Source: a virus
Taxonomy: Duplodnaviria; Caudoviricetes
Strand: one strand, 5' to 3'
Length of the DNA stretch: 64,000 nucleotides
Virus record (IMG/VR): IMGVR_UViG_3300032259_000002
Location: 13,013 to 77,012 of that record
The notes below the pieces were generated by a model, which saw only the letters and a program-made list of their open reading frames with translations, was not told the origin of the DNA and ran no database searches. Shown one piece after another: positions 37,694-46,631 of this stretch (the stretch's first letter is position 1; every line of letters begins with the position of its first letter). A program made the translations under genes and the position numbers.

Positions 37694-39990
37694 TTTTTAT
37701 TTCTCCTTACTCTTTTATCCTTAGTTGAGGCATTATCAAATAAATTGCTTTGTCTATTTCTTGCATTTTTTAAATTCTTAATAGCTTGTTTAAAATAGGA
37801 TTCTTTTAATTCCGATCCTATAAACAATCTTCCCATTTGTAAAGCAACATAACCCTCACTGCCTATACCAGTAAAAGGACTATAAACTAAATCACCTTCG
37901 TTACTCCATAATCTAATAGCTCTTTCAATTACATCTAATTGTAAAGGACATATATGTTTTTCGTCTTTCTGATCCCTAGCAGATCTATATTGTAAGGTAT
38001 TAGATTGCCTAATATCCATCCAAACAGGAGAGGCATACTTTTGCCAAACATGATGAGAGTACTTTATACCAGAAGCTTTAGGCTCTTTTGATTCTTCCCC
38101 TATAAAATCAGTAAAACCATTAGGATTAGATATTAATTCTTGATTTTTACCTGGCTTTCTAACTGTGATTAAATAATCAGGACAACCAGCTCTTGACATA
38201 GATGAATCTTTTTGAATTTGTTTATGCATCAAACCAAGTGCTTTAGTTCTAGTAACTTCTATAAGAGGATCTTTCCATATGATATGACGACTATGATATA
38301 TCCATCCATATTTTTGAAATAATCTAAGCAAATCCCCTGGAAAATCTTTCAAACCTATTACGCCATCTCTTTCTTTCATACTGGGAATATCCATACAATG
38401 AAATGAAAGGAGTCTTCCTGGTTTTGTTATCCTAAAAAGATTCTCAACAAGATATCCAAAATGAATAAAAAATTCATCATAGTTTTTTGAATTGCCCATA
38501 TCTCTTTCAGAATCAGAATAGGTGTATAACTCTGCAAAAGGGGGTGAAAATATAGAGTAATGAATGCTATCATCTTTTAATCCTGAACTAACATCAACAC
38601 AATCACCTAAATACATTTCCCATCTTTTGCCTGATTCCTTATATTCATTATATTCCTTTTTCTTTTCTTTTCTTATTTTTTTAATCTCTCTTTTTGTTAT
38701 TTTTGACATATGATTTACCATACCTTTTGCCATAATTTCCGCATCAGCTTCCTTTCTTTTTATATTATTCACCACTGCTCCTTCTAAATCAGAAGTTACT
38801 ATCCAAACATTAACTTTTCCTATTCTACCAAATCGCCAACAACGCCTAACAGCTTGATAATACTTTTCCCAGCTATCTGACAAACCTACAAAAATCATAT
38901 TACCACAATGTTGCCAATTCATCCCATAACCGGCTATTGATGGTTTTGTAATGAGTATTCTTGTTTTCTCATTAGAAAAATTAATCATTTCTTTTTTCTT
39001 ATAGTCATTTTTATCTGAACCAGTTATTTCAATAGAATCTTTTATTCTTTTTCTTAATTCCTGACTTTCTATATTAAGATCACACCAAATGAGCCAAGGA
39101 TTCTCTTTATCTGAGTTAACCAATTCCACTACCTTACCTACTCTTTCATTTAAACTTTCTTTTCTAGCAATTCTTCTTTCTGAAATAGTCTTTGCGGCAA
39201 CCTTGAAAAACTGTCCTTTAGGAGCCTTGCCTTTAGACTTAACAACGCAATCATTAATTACTAACTTAGGTAACTTGAAATCACTATCATCATAACCCAA
39301 ATCAGAAGGTTTTCTAAGGTAAATAGCCCAAGAACAAACCCATTTCCAATATTCTGATTCTGCATGTCCTTTTAATCTCCATTTAGAAGTTTCTCCTCCA
39401 TCATGAACAAAAAACATTGATAGCATCTGAACCCTAGTCATTGCATTTAAGAATTCAGAATGATTACCTAATTCCATATGATCATTAGGGGCCGGAGTGG
39501 CCGTACATGCTAATTTATAAGAAGTACCACTAAATGCTTTAATTATTTCGGTTCTTATCTTTCCAGAATATGCCTTTAATATGGAACTTTCATCGAGTAC
39601 TATTCCATCAAAATAATTTGCATCAAAATTATGAAAATTTTCATAATTAGTAATATTTATCCCTTCTTTTATATCATCTTGTTCCCTACAAATATTAACT
39701 TTTATCTTAAATTTAATACCTTCTCTTACTGTTTGATCTGATACAGCCAAAGGTGCTAAAATTAAAACCGATCCTTTAGTATATAAACAAACCTGTCTTG
39801 CCCATTCAAGCTGCATAGGGGTCTTTCCTAATCCACAATCAGCAAAAATAGCAGCCTTTCCTTTCCTTAAAGCCCATATGACTATATCTTTTTGAAAATC
39901 AAATAATTTTCTATTGATTTTTTCAACAGGATCAAAACCCGAATCAATTTCTTGTACTAACTTTGAAGCAATAAAATTTTCATATTCCAT
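37690..39990 (-). CDS. SNF2-like helicase fused to an N4/N6 DNA methyltransferase
   Basis: FADCGLGKT, LDESS, ACTATPAPND, YYQAVRRCWRFG; then YLGDCV, SIFSPPF, GDLVYSPFTGIGS. Confidence 0.9.
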   Translation of the reverse strand: MEYENFIASKLVQEIDSGFDPVEKINRKLFDFQKDIVIWALRKGKAAIFADCGLGKTPMQLEWARQVCLYTKGSVLILAPLAVSDQTVREGIKFKIKVNICREQDDIKEGINITNYENFHNFDANYFDGIVLDESSILKAYSGKIRTEIIKAFSGTSYKLACTATPAPNDHMELGNHSEFLNAMTRVQMLSMFFVHDGGETSKWRLKGHAESEYWKWVCSWAIYLRKPSDLGYDDSDFKLPKLVINDCVVKSKGKAPKGQFFKVAAKTISERRIARKESLNERVGKVVELVNSDKENPWLIWCDLNIESQELRKRIKDSIEITGSDKNDYKKKEMINFSNEKTRILITKPSIAGYGMNWQHCGNMIFVGLSDSWEKYYQAVRRCWRFGRIGKVNVWIVTSDLEGAVVNNIKRKEADAEIMAKGMVNHMSKITKREIKKIRKEKKKEYNEYKESGKRWEMYLGDCVDVSSGLKDDSIHYSIFSPPFAELYTYSDSERDMGNSKNYDEFFIHFGYLVENLFRITKPGRLLSFHCMDIPSMKERDGVIGLKDFPGDLLRLFQKYGWIYHSRHIIWKDPLIEVTRTKALGLMHKQIQKDSSMSRAGCPDYLITVRKPGKNQELISNPNGFTDFIGEESKEPKASGIKYSHHVWQKYASPVWMDIRQSNTLQYRSARDQKDEKHICPLQLDVIERAIRLWSNEGDLVYSPFTGIGSEGYVALQMGRLFIGSELKESYFKQAIKNLKNARNRQSNLFDNASTKDKRVRRNKK

Positions 39991-39999
39991 TTTTTTCTC

Positions 40000-42597
40000 C
40001 TATTCAAAATCTGTGGTATCAGCTACTAAAATTTCCTCAATATCTGCCCAATTCTCACCAACACTGACTTCCACCGCAAGAGGAACATTCACAAAATCAA
40101 AAGAAGTACAAGACATCTTTTCTGATATGATATCGATATCCTCTTCTAAAGATCTATCCGGTATAAAAAAAGATAGGTCATCATGAATGTTCATTCTTGC
40201 TTGAAACTGAGGCTTCTTCTCCTCATAAGCATATAAAGAAAGCCTGTTCATACCATCAACAACAACGTAAGAAGCCGTTCCTTGTATTGGAGCATTTATT
40301 AGTTCATTGTAACTCAAAGGGCCGACTCTTCTTGCTCCAGTTAAAGTCTCCACATATCCATGCTCATTGTAAAATTTCTGGAGCCGGCCCTGCCAATTCT
40401 TCACTCCTTTGAACTCTCCCCAAAAATCCTTTACCAATCTATCAGCCTTTTCTATAGGTAATCCCAGGGAATTAGCCACGGAAGTAAAATGAGATCCAAA
40501 AAATAAAGGAAATACCCATTCATTTTTAGATCTTTGTCTAAAATCTTTCCATCCTTTTTCATCTAACTCAGAAGACTTTCTTACCCCGGCACATCTAGGA
40601 TGGATCTTTAAAATCCTTTCCGCCCATTCCATGTGTATATCATATCCGGTCTCAATGGCATTACAAAAAGTTTTATCCTGGCTGGCCATAGCTATGATTC
40701 TTGCTTCTAGCTGACCATAGTCAACTGCAACAAACCAAAATCCTTCAGGTGGTACTATCATTCTCCTAATCTCTTTATTCTTTCTTTTAGGATAATTCTG
40801 CATATTAGGGTGTTCCGAACTTGTGCGACCGGTGGAAGTAAAGAGGTGATTGTAATCTGCATGAAGTAATCCATCCGGATAAATAACTTTATCTATTGAG
40901 TCAATATAAGTAGATTTTACTTTTGATATCTCTCTAAAATCTAAAATGAGACCTGCTTCTTTATGTCCTTTATCATTAAAGCTTTTTAAAACTTCATCAT
41001 CGGTACTATAAGATCCTTTACTCGTCTCTTTTACTGACTTCAATCCCAAAATGTCTCTAAATAAAAGAACCACTGAATCAGGAGAAGCGGGATTAAAATC
41101 ACCGAACTTTCTACCAAATTTTTTAACTGATTTAGCTTTAAAAATCTTAGCCTCTATATCCTCCAACTTCTTTTGGTATTCTTTTGAAAAACCATCCACG
41201 GTATCAAAATCAACCGGGACTCCCTCTGTTTCTGTCACAGCTAAAGTAGTAGCAGTCCTAACCAGATGATGATATGTCCATTCCTGGCTTTTATGAAGAA
41301 GAGCGTCCTGCCTTTCTTCAAGCAAATGAGTCCATTTAGTATCCATTCCATTATACAAAAGAGTTTTATCTAAAGGAGCATTTATTAAGTTTTTTCTATC
41401 CAGATCGGTAAGAGGCTTTAACTTAAAACCAAAATGTAAAAGGCATAAAACATCTAAACTAAGCATGCCTCCACTCTTTTTTGTTCTCTGATCTAAAGTG
41501 TATGCCTGGGCCATTGTATCAGCCCATATACCAGACCGCAAAGGTCTTTGTCCATAATAATGATAAAACCATATTGCCTCAAATTTAAGGTAGTGGCAGC
41601 TCTTCTTTCCCCGGCATTCCATCAAGAAATTACTTATCAAATCTTTTATAGCTTTTCTACTTTTCTCATCCCCTTTCCAAGCTTTGGGGTGATCTACCGG
41701 AAAAGCTATGGTATTTTCAAAAGTACCAATGGCTATGGTCAGAATCCAAGCATCTTTGCATCCAAAAGGTTTTAACTTATTGGTCTCTATGTCAATCGAT
41801 ACAGAAGATTCTTGTTTTAGTTTCTCCAGTTCTTTCTCAATCTTTTTAAATTCAGAAGAACTCTTTCCTTCAAAAATCTTTATACCTTTATCAAAATCTT
41901 TATCGTAAACTTTAGCCTCTGGAGAATCCTCATCCATTATAAAGAAAGCAGCTCTTTGTAAATCCATATCAAAGGCTTTTTCATATTCATTTTTAAATTT
42001 ACTATTATTCTTTTTCTTTAGTAAGGAGGGAGTTTGTATTGGAAAATACCAGCAAGTGTGATTCCCTATTTTAATCGGTAATCTTCTGCCTCGCCATTCA
42101 TCTATATTACTATAACCTATCACCCACTTTAAAGAGATGGGCCCAAGTCCGATAATGGCAAAGGGTTTTGTTTTCTGAATATCATCTTCTATTGATTTCC
42201 TACAGCACTCTATTTCTGATTCTTTAGGTTGCCTGTGTTTGGGAGTAGGGCATTGAACGCAGTAATTAAATCTAATACCTATGGTCTTGTTTAAATCTCT
42301 CTTGGATTCAAATAGATCTGGAAAGGCTCTTCTTAAGGATTTTCTTAGAACCATTCCAGATTCTCCTTTAAAGTGTATGCCCGTATCCTCTTCTCTAGGG
42401 CCGGGCATTTCTCCTAAAATATAAATCAAAGAATCAGCATCACCATCTGCTGGAACACAAGGCTCATTCACTTGATTAAGAGAACAGGCTTTGCATCCTT
42501 GCTCTCTTAAAAGATTTTTTGGTATTCTACCTAAATTTTGTTTCTTGGCTTTTTTTGTTTCTTTCTTTTTCTTATCTTCAGCAAAGAAAAATCCCAT
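40000..42597 (-). CDS. polA: Family A DNA polymerase with N-terminal uracil-DNA glycosylase-like and 3'-5' exonuclease domains
   Basis: CKAC...GEMPGPRE...ECC (family-4 UDG); DIET (ExoI); TGRTSS.HPNMQN, DYGQLEARI, RSKN..VFPLFFG, NAPIQGTA, NIHDD. Confidence 0.93.
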   Translation of the reverse strand: MGFFFAEDKKKKETKKAKKQNLGRIPKNLLREQGCKACSLNQVNEPCVPADGDADSLIYILGEMPGPREEDTGIHFKGESGMVLRKSLRRAFPDLFESKRDLNKTIGIRFNYCVQCPTPKHRQPKESEIECCRKSIEDDIQKTKPFAIIGLGPISLKWVIGYSNIDEWRGRRLPIKIGNHTCWYFPIQTPSLLKKKNNSKFKNEYEKAFDMDLQRAAFFIMDEDSPEAKVYDKDFDKGIKIFEGKSSSEFKKIEKELEKLKQESSVSIDIETNKLKPFGCKDAWILTIAIGTFENTIAFPVDHPKAWKGDEKSRKAIKDLISNFLMECRGKKSCHYLKFEAIWFYHYYGQRPLRSGIWADTMAQAYTLDQRTKKSGGMLSLDVLCLLHFGFKLKPLTDLDRKNLINAPLDKTLLYNGMDTKWTHLLEERQDALLHKSQEWTYHHLVRTATTLAVTETEGVPVDFDTVDGFSKEYQKKLEDIEAKIFKAKSVKKFGRKFGDFNPASPDSVVLLFRDILGLKSVKETSKGSYSTDDEVLKSFNDKGHKEAGLILDFREISKVKSTYIDSIDKVIYPDGLLHADYNHLFTSTGRTSSEHPNMQNYPKRKNKEIRRMIVPPEGFWFVAVDYGQLEARIIAMASQDKTFCNAIETGYDIHMEWAERILKIHPRCAGVRKSSELDEKGWKDFRQRSKNEWVFPLFFGSHFTSVANSLGLPIEKADRLVKDFWGEFKGVKNWQGRLQKFYNEHGYVETLTGARRVGPLSYNELINAPIQGTASYVVVDGMNRLSLYAYEEKKPQFQARMNIHDDLSFFIPDRSLEEDIDIISEKMSCTSFDFVNVPLAVEVSVGENWADIEEILVADTTDFE

Positions 42598-43712
42598 TAC
42601 TCAAGCTCCTTCTTCTTTATCCTTTTAGATTCATTAGTTCTCATATTATCAAACCATTGTTCTTTTATTCTTGTTGCTATTTGGGCCATCATCACTGGGG
42701 GAACTGACATGCCCATAAGATACTCAGGTTTTTTATCATTAAAATTATAATCAAAGGGAAATGTCCCTGCCATTAAAATTTCTTTGTTAAACAATGTTCT
42801 TTCAATCTCATAATCATAAGGTAATCCATTTGCTCTTATTGTGGGAAGAACTTTATACGGATGTGATTTTACTTCATTAAAATATGATGATTTTGGATGA
42901 TTTTCAGAAAAATTGTTCCCAGGACTTGTTAATTTCCAATACTTACTGATCATTTTGCTTAATCCAATTGCATCATTATTTCCTTCAATTTGCCTTATCT
43001 CTTTAAATGGTATTCCAGGTTCATCAAATCTTAAATCAAGATAAGGTATTGGATTAAAAAATCCCATAATACCTTTGCTTTTTATTTTATTTACTAAATC
43101 TTTTCTTAATGCTATAAAAAATACCCTTTCCCTTCTTTGTGGTACTCCCATTTTTGAAGCATCAAGTAACCACTTTTCAACATAATATCCGGCATCATCA
43201 TATTGTTTTCCTATTTCAAAAAGATATTTCTTAGCATTTCCTAAAATAATTCCTTTGACATTTTCAGCAATTACTATTTTAGGTTGTAATCTTTTTGCAA
43301 GATTAATAAAATCAAAAAATAAAGTATCAAGGATTTGTTCTGATTGACCTTCCCTGAATTTCTTTTTCTTGCCCCAATCTTTTTCCCTGTTACCAGACAT
43401 ACTAAAAGAACTACAAGGAGGACTGCCATCAAGTATATCCAAGTCAAATAACTCTTCTGGTAAATCTGTTCTATTTTTAAATTCTTGAATAGGTTCAATA
43501 AATAAATACTTTGGTTTATGATTAATTTTATAACATTCTGCCATTTTAGGGTCAATCTCATTTGCCCCTAAAACATCAAAACCTGCAAGCTTATAGCCCA
43601 TAGTGGGAGCAAAACCACCACAAGCAAAACAAGAAAAAACCTTTAATCCATTTTTCTTTATTTTTTTAAGGTCTTTTAATGACCATTTATATGGGAATCT
43701 ATGATTAGGCAT
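42597..43712 (-). CDS. C5-cytosine DNA methyltransferase
   Basis: FACGG, DILDGSPPCSSFS, AENVKG, QRRERVFF, MSVPP. Confidence 0.93.
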   Translation of the reverse strand: MPNHRFPYKWSLKDLKKIKKNGLKVFSCFACGGFAPTMGYKLAGFDVLGANEIDPKMAECYKINHKPKYLFIEPIQEFKNRTDLPEELFDLDILDGSPPCSSFSMSGNREKDWGKKKKFREGQSEQILDTLFFDFINLAKRLQPKIVIAENVKGIILGNAKKYLFEIGKQYDDAGYYVEKWLLDASKMGVPQRRERVFFIALRKDLVNKIKSKGIMGFFNPIPYLDLRFDEPGIPFKEIRQIEGNNDAIGLSKMISKYWKLTSPGNNFSENHPKSSYFNEVKSHPYKVLPTIRANGLPYDYEIERTLFNKEILMAGTFPFDYNFNDKKPEYLMGMSVPPVMMAQIATRIKEQWFDNMRTNESKRIKKKELE

Positions 43713-43734
43713 AATTTATAAATTTATGAAATTA

Positions 43735-44820
43735 CTACTCATCTTTAAAACCCATCACTAAATGAAAAAAACTATCTGATTTTCCGGCAAGCATTGGTAT
43801 ACTATCTTCTCCGGTGGAATAACAGAATGCTATCTCGTCCACTGCTTGAAGGATGTCTAAAATATGATTGGCATCCATTCTACAAGAAATCTCTTCTTCT
43901 GAAATATCTTCTTCAAATACAATAGACTCTTTAATGGCCCCATAACCACTTTTTCCGGATACTAAAAGAGTCTCCTCCTCAGAATCAAGATGGACAATCT
44001 GATCTGTTTCTTTAGAAGTAAGTAAAGTGGTTCTTTCTATGGCAGTTAAGAGATTTTCAGGTATCTCCTGAAATTCATTTTCCTCCTCATCCCAATGAGC
44101 CTCTATGACTGCTTCATAATCAAGGTAGTCTACCTCAGTTAGAAGCTTAGTGTAAACATACACTCCCTCAAAACAAGCAAATATAAAATCCTCACTAAAA
44201 TAGAGTTCAGCAGAAGTATCATTAAGCTCCTTGCTTATATCAAGTATAAGTCTACAAAATACTTCTGGGAGAAGCATTTTAATAGATTTTTTCCCTAATG
44301 TTTTTTCAAGGGAGTATCTGGAGATTCTTTGATTATCGGTTGAATATAGATGGGCTCCCTTTTTATCAGATACAAGGGTTATTCCGAATTGATTTCTTTG
44401 TAAAGAATTTTTACTTACTGAGATGAGGGTTTTCTTTATACCCATTAAAAAATCTTCTGATAAAGTAAAAGATGGGAGATCGTCGATGTCAGGTATTTCA
44501 AAAATAAAATCAGCTTCAGGGAGGCAGGCAAGTTTAGCATTTGATTTGCCTATTTTAATATTGACCTCATTCCCTTTCTGGTTTACTGCCATTTTATCTG
44601 AGGAATAACTGCTAAGAAGTTTTATGAGAAGTTCCCCAGGAAGACCACAATTCTCAATAGTAACAGCATCCTCATAATCAATTATGATTCCCTGTATTCC
44701 GTTAAAAGCTATGATCTCTTCATCCGTAAAACAGAAATGCGATAGTATTGGTACTATGTCCTGCGTAGATAGACAAGGTCTGGCCATATTCAACTTTTCC
44801 AATAAAGACGTTCTTTCCAT
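43735..44820 (-). CDS. dnaN: Sliding clamp (DNA polymerase III beta-like)
   Basis: 361 aa; PILSHF, YSTDNQRI, DYLDYEAVI; three-domain size; clamp loader nearby. Confidence 0.8.
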   Translation of the reverse strand: MERTSLLEKLNMARPCLSTQDIVPILSHFCFTDEEIIAFNGIQGIIIDYEDAVTIENCGLPGELLIKLLSSYSSDKMAVNQKGNEVNIKIGKSNAKLACLPEADFIFEIPDIDDLPSFTLSEDFLMGIKKTLISVSKNSLQRNQFGITLVSDKKGAHLYSTDNQRISRYSLEKTLGKKSIKMLLPEVFCRLILDISKELNDTSAELYFSEDFIFACFEGVYVYTKLLTEVDYLDYEAVIEAHWDEEENEFQEIPENLLTAIERTTLLTSKETDQIVHLDSEEETLLVSGKSGYGAIKESIVFEEDISEEEISCRMDANHILDILQAVDEIAFCYSTGEDSIPMLAGKSDSFFHLVMGFKDE

Positions 44821-44872
44821 TATTTTCTCCTCACTCTTTTAGATTTATTAACAACTTTATAAATACCATTAA

Positions 44873-45019
44873 TTATATATATATAGGCAAAAAATCTGAT
44901 TGTAAAGTTTTTATAAGATGGTAGGATAAAAGCCTTTTCTTTGATTCCATTCTTGTGAGAGACTCACCGGGGCCATTTCCTTGAGTATCCTCAAGCCAGG
45001 TAGCTAAGTATATTTTCAT
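44873..45019 (-). CDS. DpdA N-terminus-like mini-gene, unit F (48 aa; truncated by a (TA)6 tract)
   Basis: MKIYLATWLEDTQGNGPGESLTRMESKKRLLSYHLIKTLQSDFLPIYI*. Removing one TA extends it to ...KSKRVRRK* with TAATG coupling to the clamp gene. Confidence 0.7.
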   Translation of the reverse strand: MKIYLATWLEDTQGNGPGESLTRMESKKRLLSYHLIKTLQSDFLPIYI

Positions 45020-45155
45020 TTATTAATTTCCTAAAAACTTTTTTATCTGATTCTTTGTAATACTGATAGCTAAATAGTATTCTGACCAAATAACTCTCTC
45101 TCTCGATGTAAGTATCTTCTTTATTTTTAAAATTTACTGATAAATATATTTTCAT
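44991..45155 (-). CDS. DpdA N-terminus-like mini-gene, unit E (54 aa, in frame)
   Basis: MKIYLSVNFKNKEDTYIERESYLVRILFSYQYYKESDKKVFRKLINENILSYLA*; G(AG)5 tract in frame. Confidence 0.7.
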   Translation of the reverse strand: MKIYLSVNFKNKEDTYIERESYLVRILFSYQYYKESDKKVFRKLINENILSYLA

Positions 45156-45325
45156 TTAATAAACCTGACAATTCCTTTTTCCACATAAAATTTAAAATCA
45201 AATCCTTTGGTAATGGAACCTACTATATATATATGAGATAAAAGTCTATGACTATTTAATACTTTTGTTAAAGTATGTCCCTGATTAATATCTGGTTCTG
45301 GCTGAGTAGCTAGATATATTTTCAT
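45152..45325 (-). CDS. DpdA N-terminus-like mini-gene, unit D (57 aa, in frame)
   Basis: MKIYLATQPEPDINQGHTLTKVLNSHRLLSHIYIVGSITKGFDFKFYVEKGIVRFIK*; (AT)5A tract in frame; ATGA-coupled at both ends. Confidence 0.72.
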   Translation of the reverse strand: MKIYLATQPEPDINQGHTLTKVLNSHRLLSHIYIVGSITKGFDFKFYVEKGIVRFIK

Positions 45326-45475
45326 TCTTCAAAAACACCATTAAGGTATTGCTTAAATAGTTTTCTAGATAGATTCCTAACATAGTAAAAAGAAATCAAA
45401 TTAGTCAGGGATTTCATAATTAAAACTCTCTCTCTGATTAGAAACTACTACATCCACTGCTAAGTATATCTTCAA
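45322..45475 (-). pseudogene. DpdA N-terminus-like mini-gene, unit C, frameshifted at (AG)5
   Basis: TTG start, LKIYLAVDVVVSNQRE; adding one AG gives ...RERVLIMKSLTNLISFYYVRNLSRKLFKQYLNGVFEE* with its stop overlapping the unit D start. Confidence 0.7.
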
Positions 45476-45631
45476 TTCTTTTCCTCTATATGTTTTAAAA
45501 TAACTTTAAAATCTTGATCAGCCATACCGCCTATTCTATGAAAATGAAAAGACAGTAACCTCTTTGACTTCTTTCTCAGAAGAAACCTCTCTCTCTTCAA
45601 TCAAACAAGTACCGGCAAAATATATTTTCAT
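45472..45631 (-). pseudogene. DpdA N-terminus-like mini-gene, unit B, frameshifted at (AG)5
   Basis: MKIYFAGTCLIEERE; adding one AG gives ...RFLLRKKSKRLLSFHFHRIGGMADQDFKVILKHIEEKN* overlapping the unit C start. Confidence 0.72.
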
Positions 45632-45800
45632 TACTTATCTCTTTTATAATCTATTATAACTAGTAAACTTTTTTTCATTTTATTAGAAGTTAGGAAATGA
45701 TCTGCAAAACTGAATAATCTAGAATATTTAAATTTTAATAACAACTCTCTCTTCCATCAACATTCATGATAGAATAACCACCTGCTAAATATATTTTCAA
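45631..45800 (-). pseudogene. DpdA N-terminus-like mini-gene, unit A, frameshifted at (AG)4
   Basis: TTG start overlaps the dpdA stop; LKIYLAGGYSIMNVDGRE; (AG)3 or (AG)6 gives ...LLLKFKYSRLFSFADHF...YKRDK* with TAATG coupling to unit B. Confidence 0.7.
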
Positions 45801-46597
45801 AAGAAATTACCTCTCAGTAAAGATCTATTGAAAGGCCTATCTGGAAGGTACTTTTCAAGATCAAGAAAATAAATAATATTAAGCTCATCTCTTTTTTTAT
45901 AATCAGCAGAAAGCTCTTCGTAGTTATAGCCCTTTTCCTCGAAATAATGGAGAATATGGTCTTGGACTATTTTTGAATAATTAGAAAAATGCTGGCCTTC
46001 TATACCAGCTTTGGGAGATTTATCAGATACCACTACCTTATGTGGTATTTTTGAAAAATCGTAACCATCTCTATTTCTGATAGGAACTATGACCGAGCCG
46101 AAGCGGCCGGTCTTTACCCAAGAAGTACTATCAACAGAAAACCAAGGATAGCGGAGAAGTATCTTCAGTGAGGTAACTCCAAAGCCATGTATCTTACAAA
46201 CAGGCCAGCCTTCTTGATCAGTCAGATACTTAGCAAATAAACCGTCCAGCCAGGGCATCAACTTTTTGCCCGGAGTCCCCACCATACCACCAAGGGCTAT
46301 GTAATCGTATCCCTCTTCTAAATATTTTTTAAGGTATTTTATATCGGTATTAAAATGAAAACAAGGTAGTGGATTCAATCCTTTTTTCTCAAGGTATTTT
46401 TGATTCTTATAAGTGGCTTCCGGATCTCCAATCACATCAAGATTGGCATACACTGTTAAATACTTTTTGTACTCTTTAATAAAATCAGCATATTCATCTA
46501 TACTTATTTCAATACCTTTTGACCAAGCAGAGAAAGCACCACTATCAAGAAATAAATCTACTTTATTTTCTGACTTATCACTTCTTCTTTTTCTCAT
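45797..46597 (-). CDS. dpdA: DpdA-like DNA 7-deazaguanine transglycosylase (TGT fold), lacking the usual N-terminal segment
   Basis: LFLDSGAFSAWSKG, NLDVIGD, PCFH, YIALGGMVG, KIHGFG, FSVDSTSW; directly after queC. Confidence 0.85.
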   Translation of the reverse strand: MRKRRSDKSENKVDLFLDSGAFSAWSKGIEISIDEYADFIKEYKKYLTVYANLDVIGDPEATYKNQKYLEKKGLNPLPCFHFNTDIKYLKKYLEEGYDYIALGGMVGTPGKKLMPWLDGLFAKYLTDQEGWPVCKIHGFGVTSLKILLRYPWFSVDSTSWVKTGRFGSVIVPIRNRDGYDFSKIPHKVVVSDKSPKAGIEGQHFSNYSKIVQDHILHYFEEKGYNYEELSADYKKRDELNIIYFLDLEKYLPDRPFNRSLLRGNFF

Positions 46598-46631
46598 TGT
46601 CTTTCCTTATAATTGGAATAAAACTTAAAAT

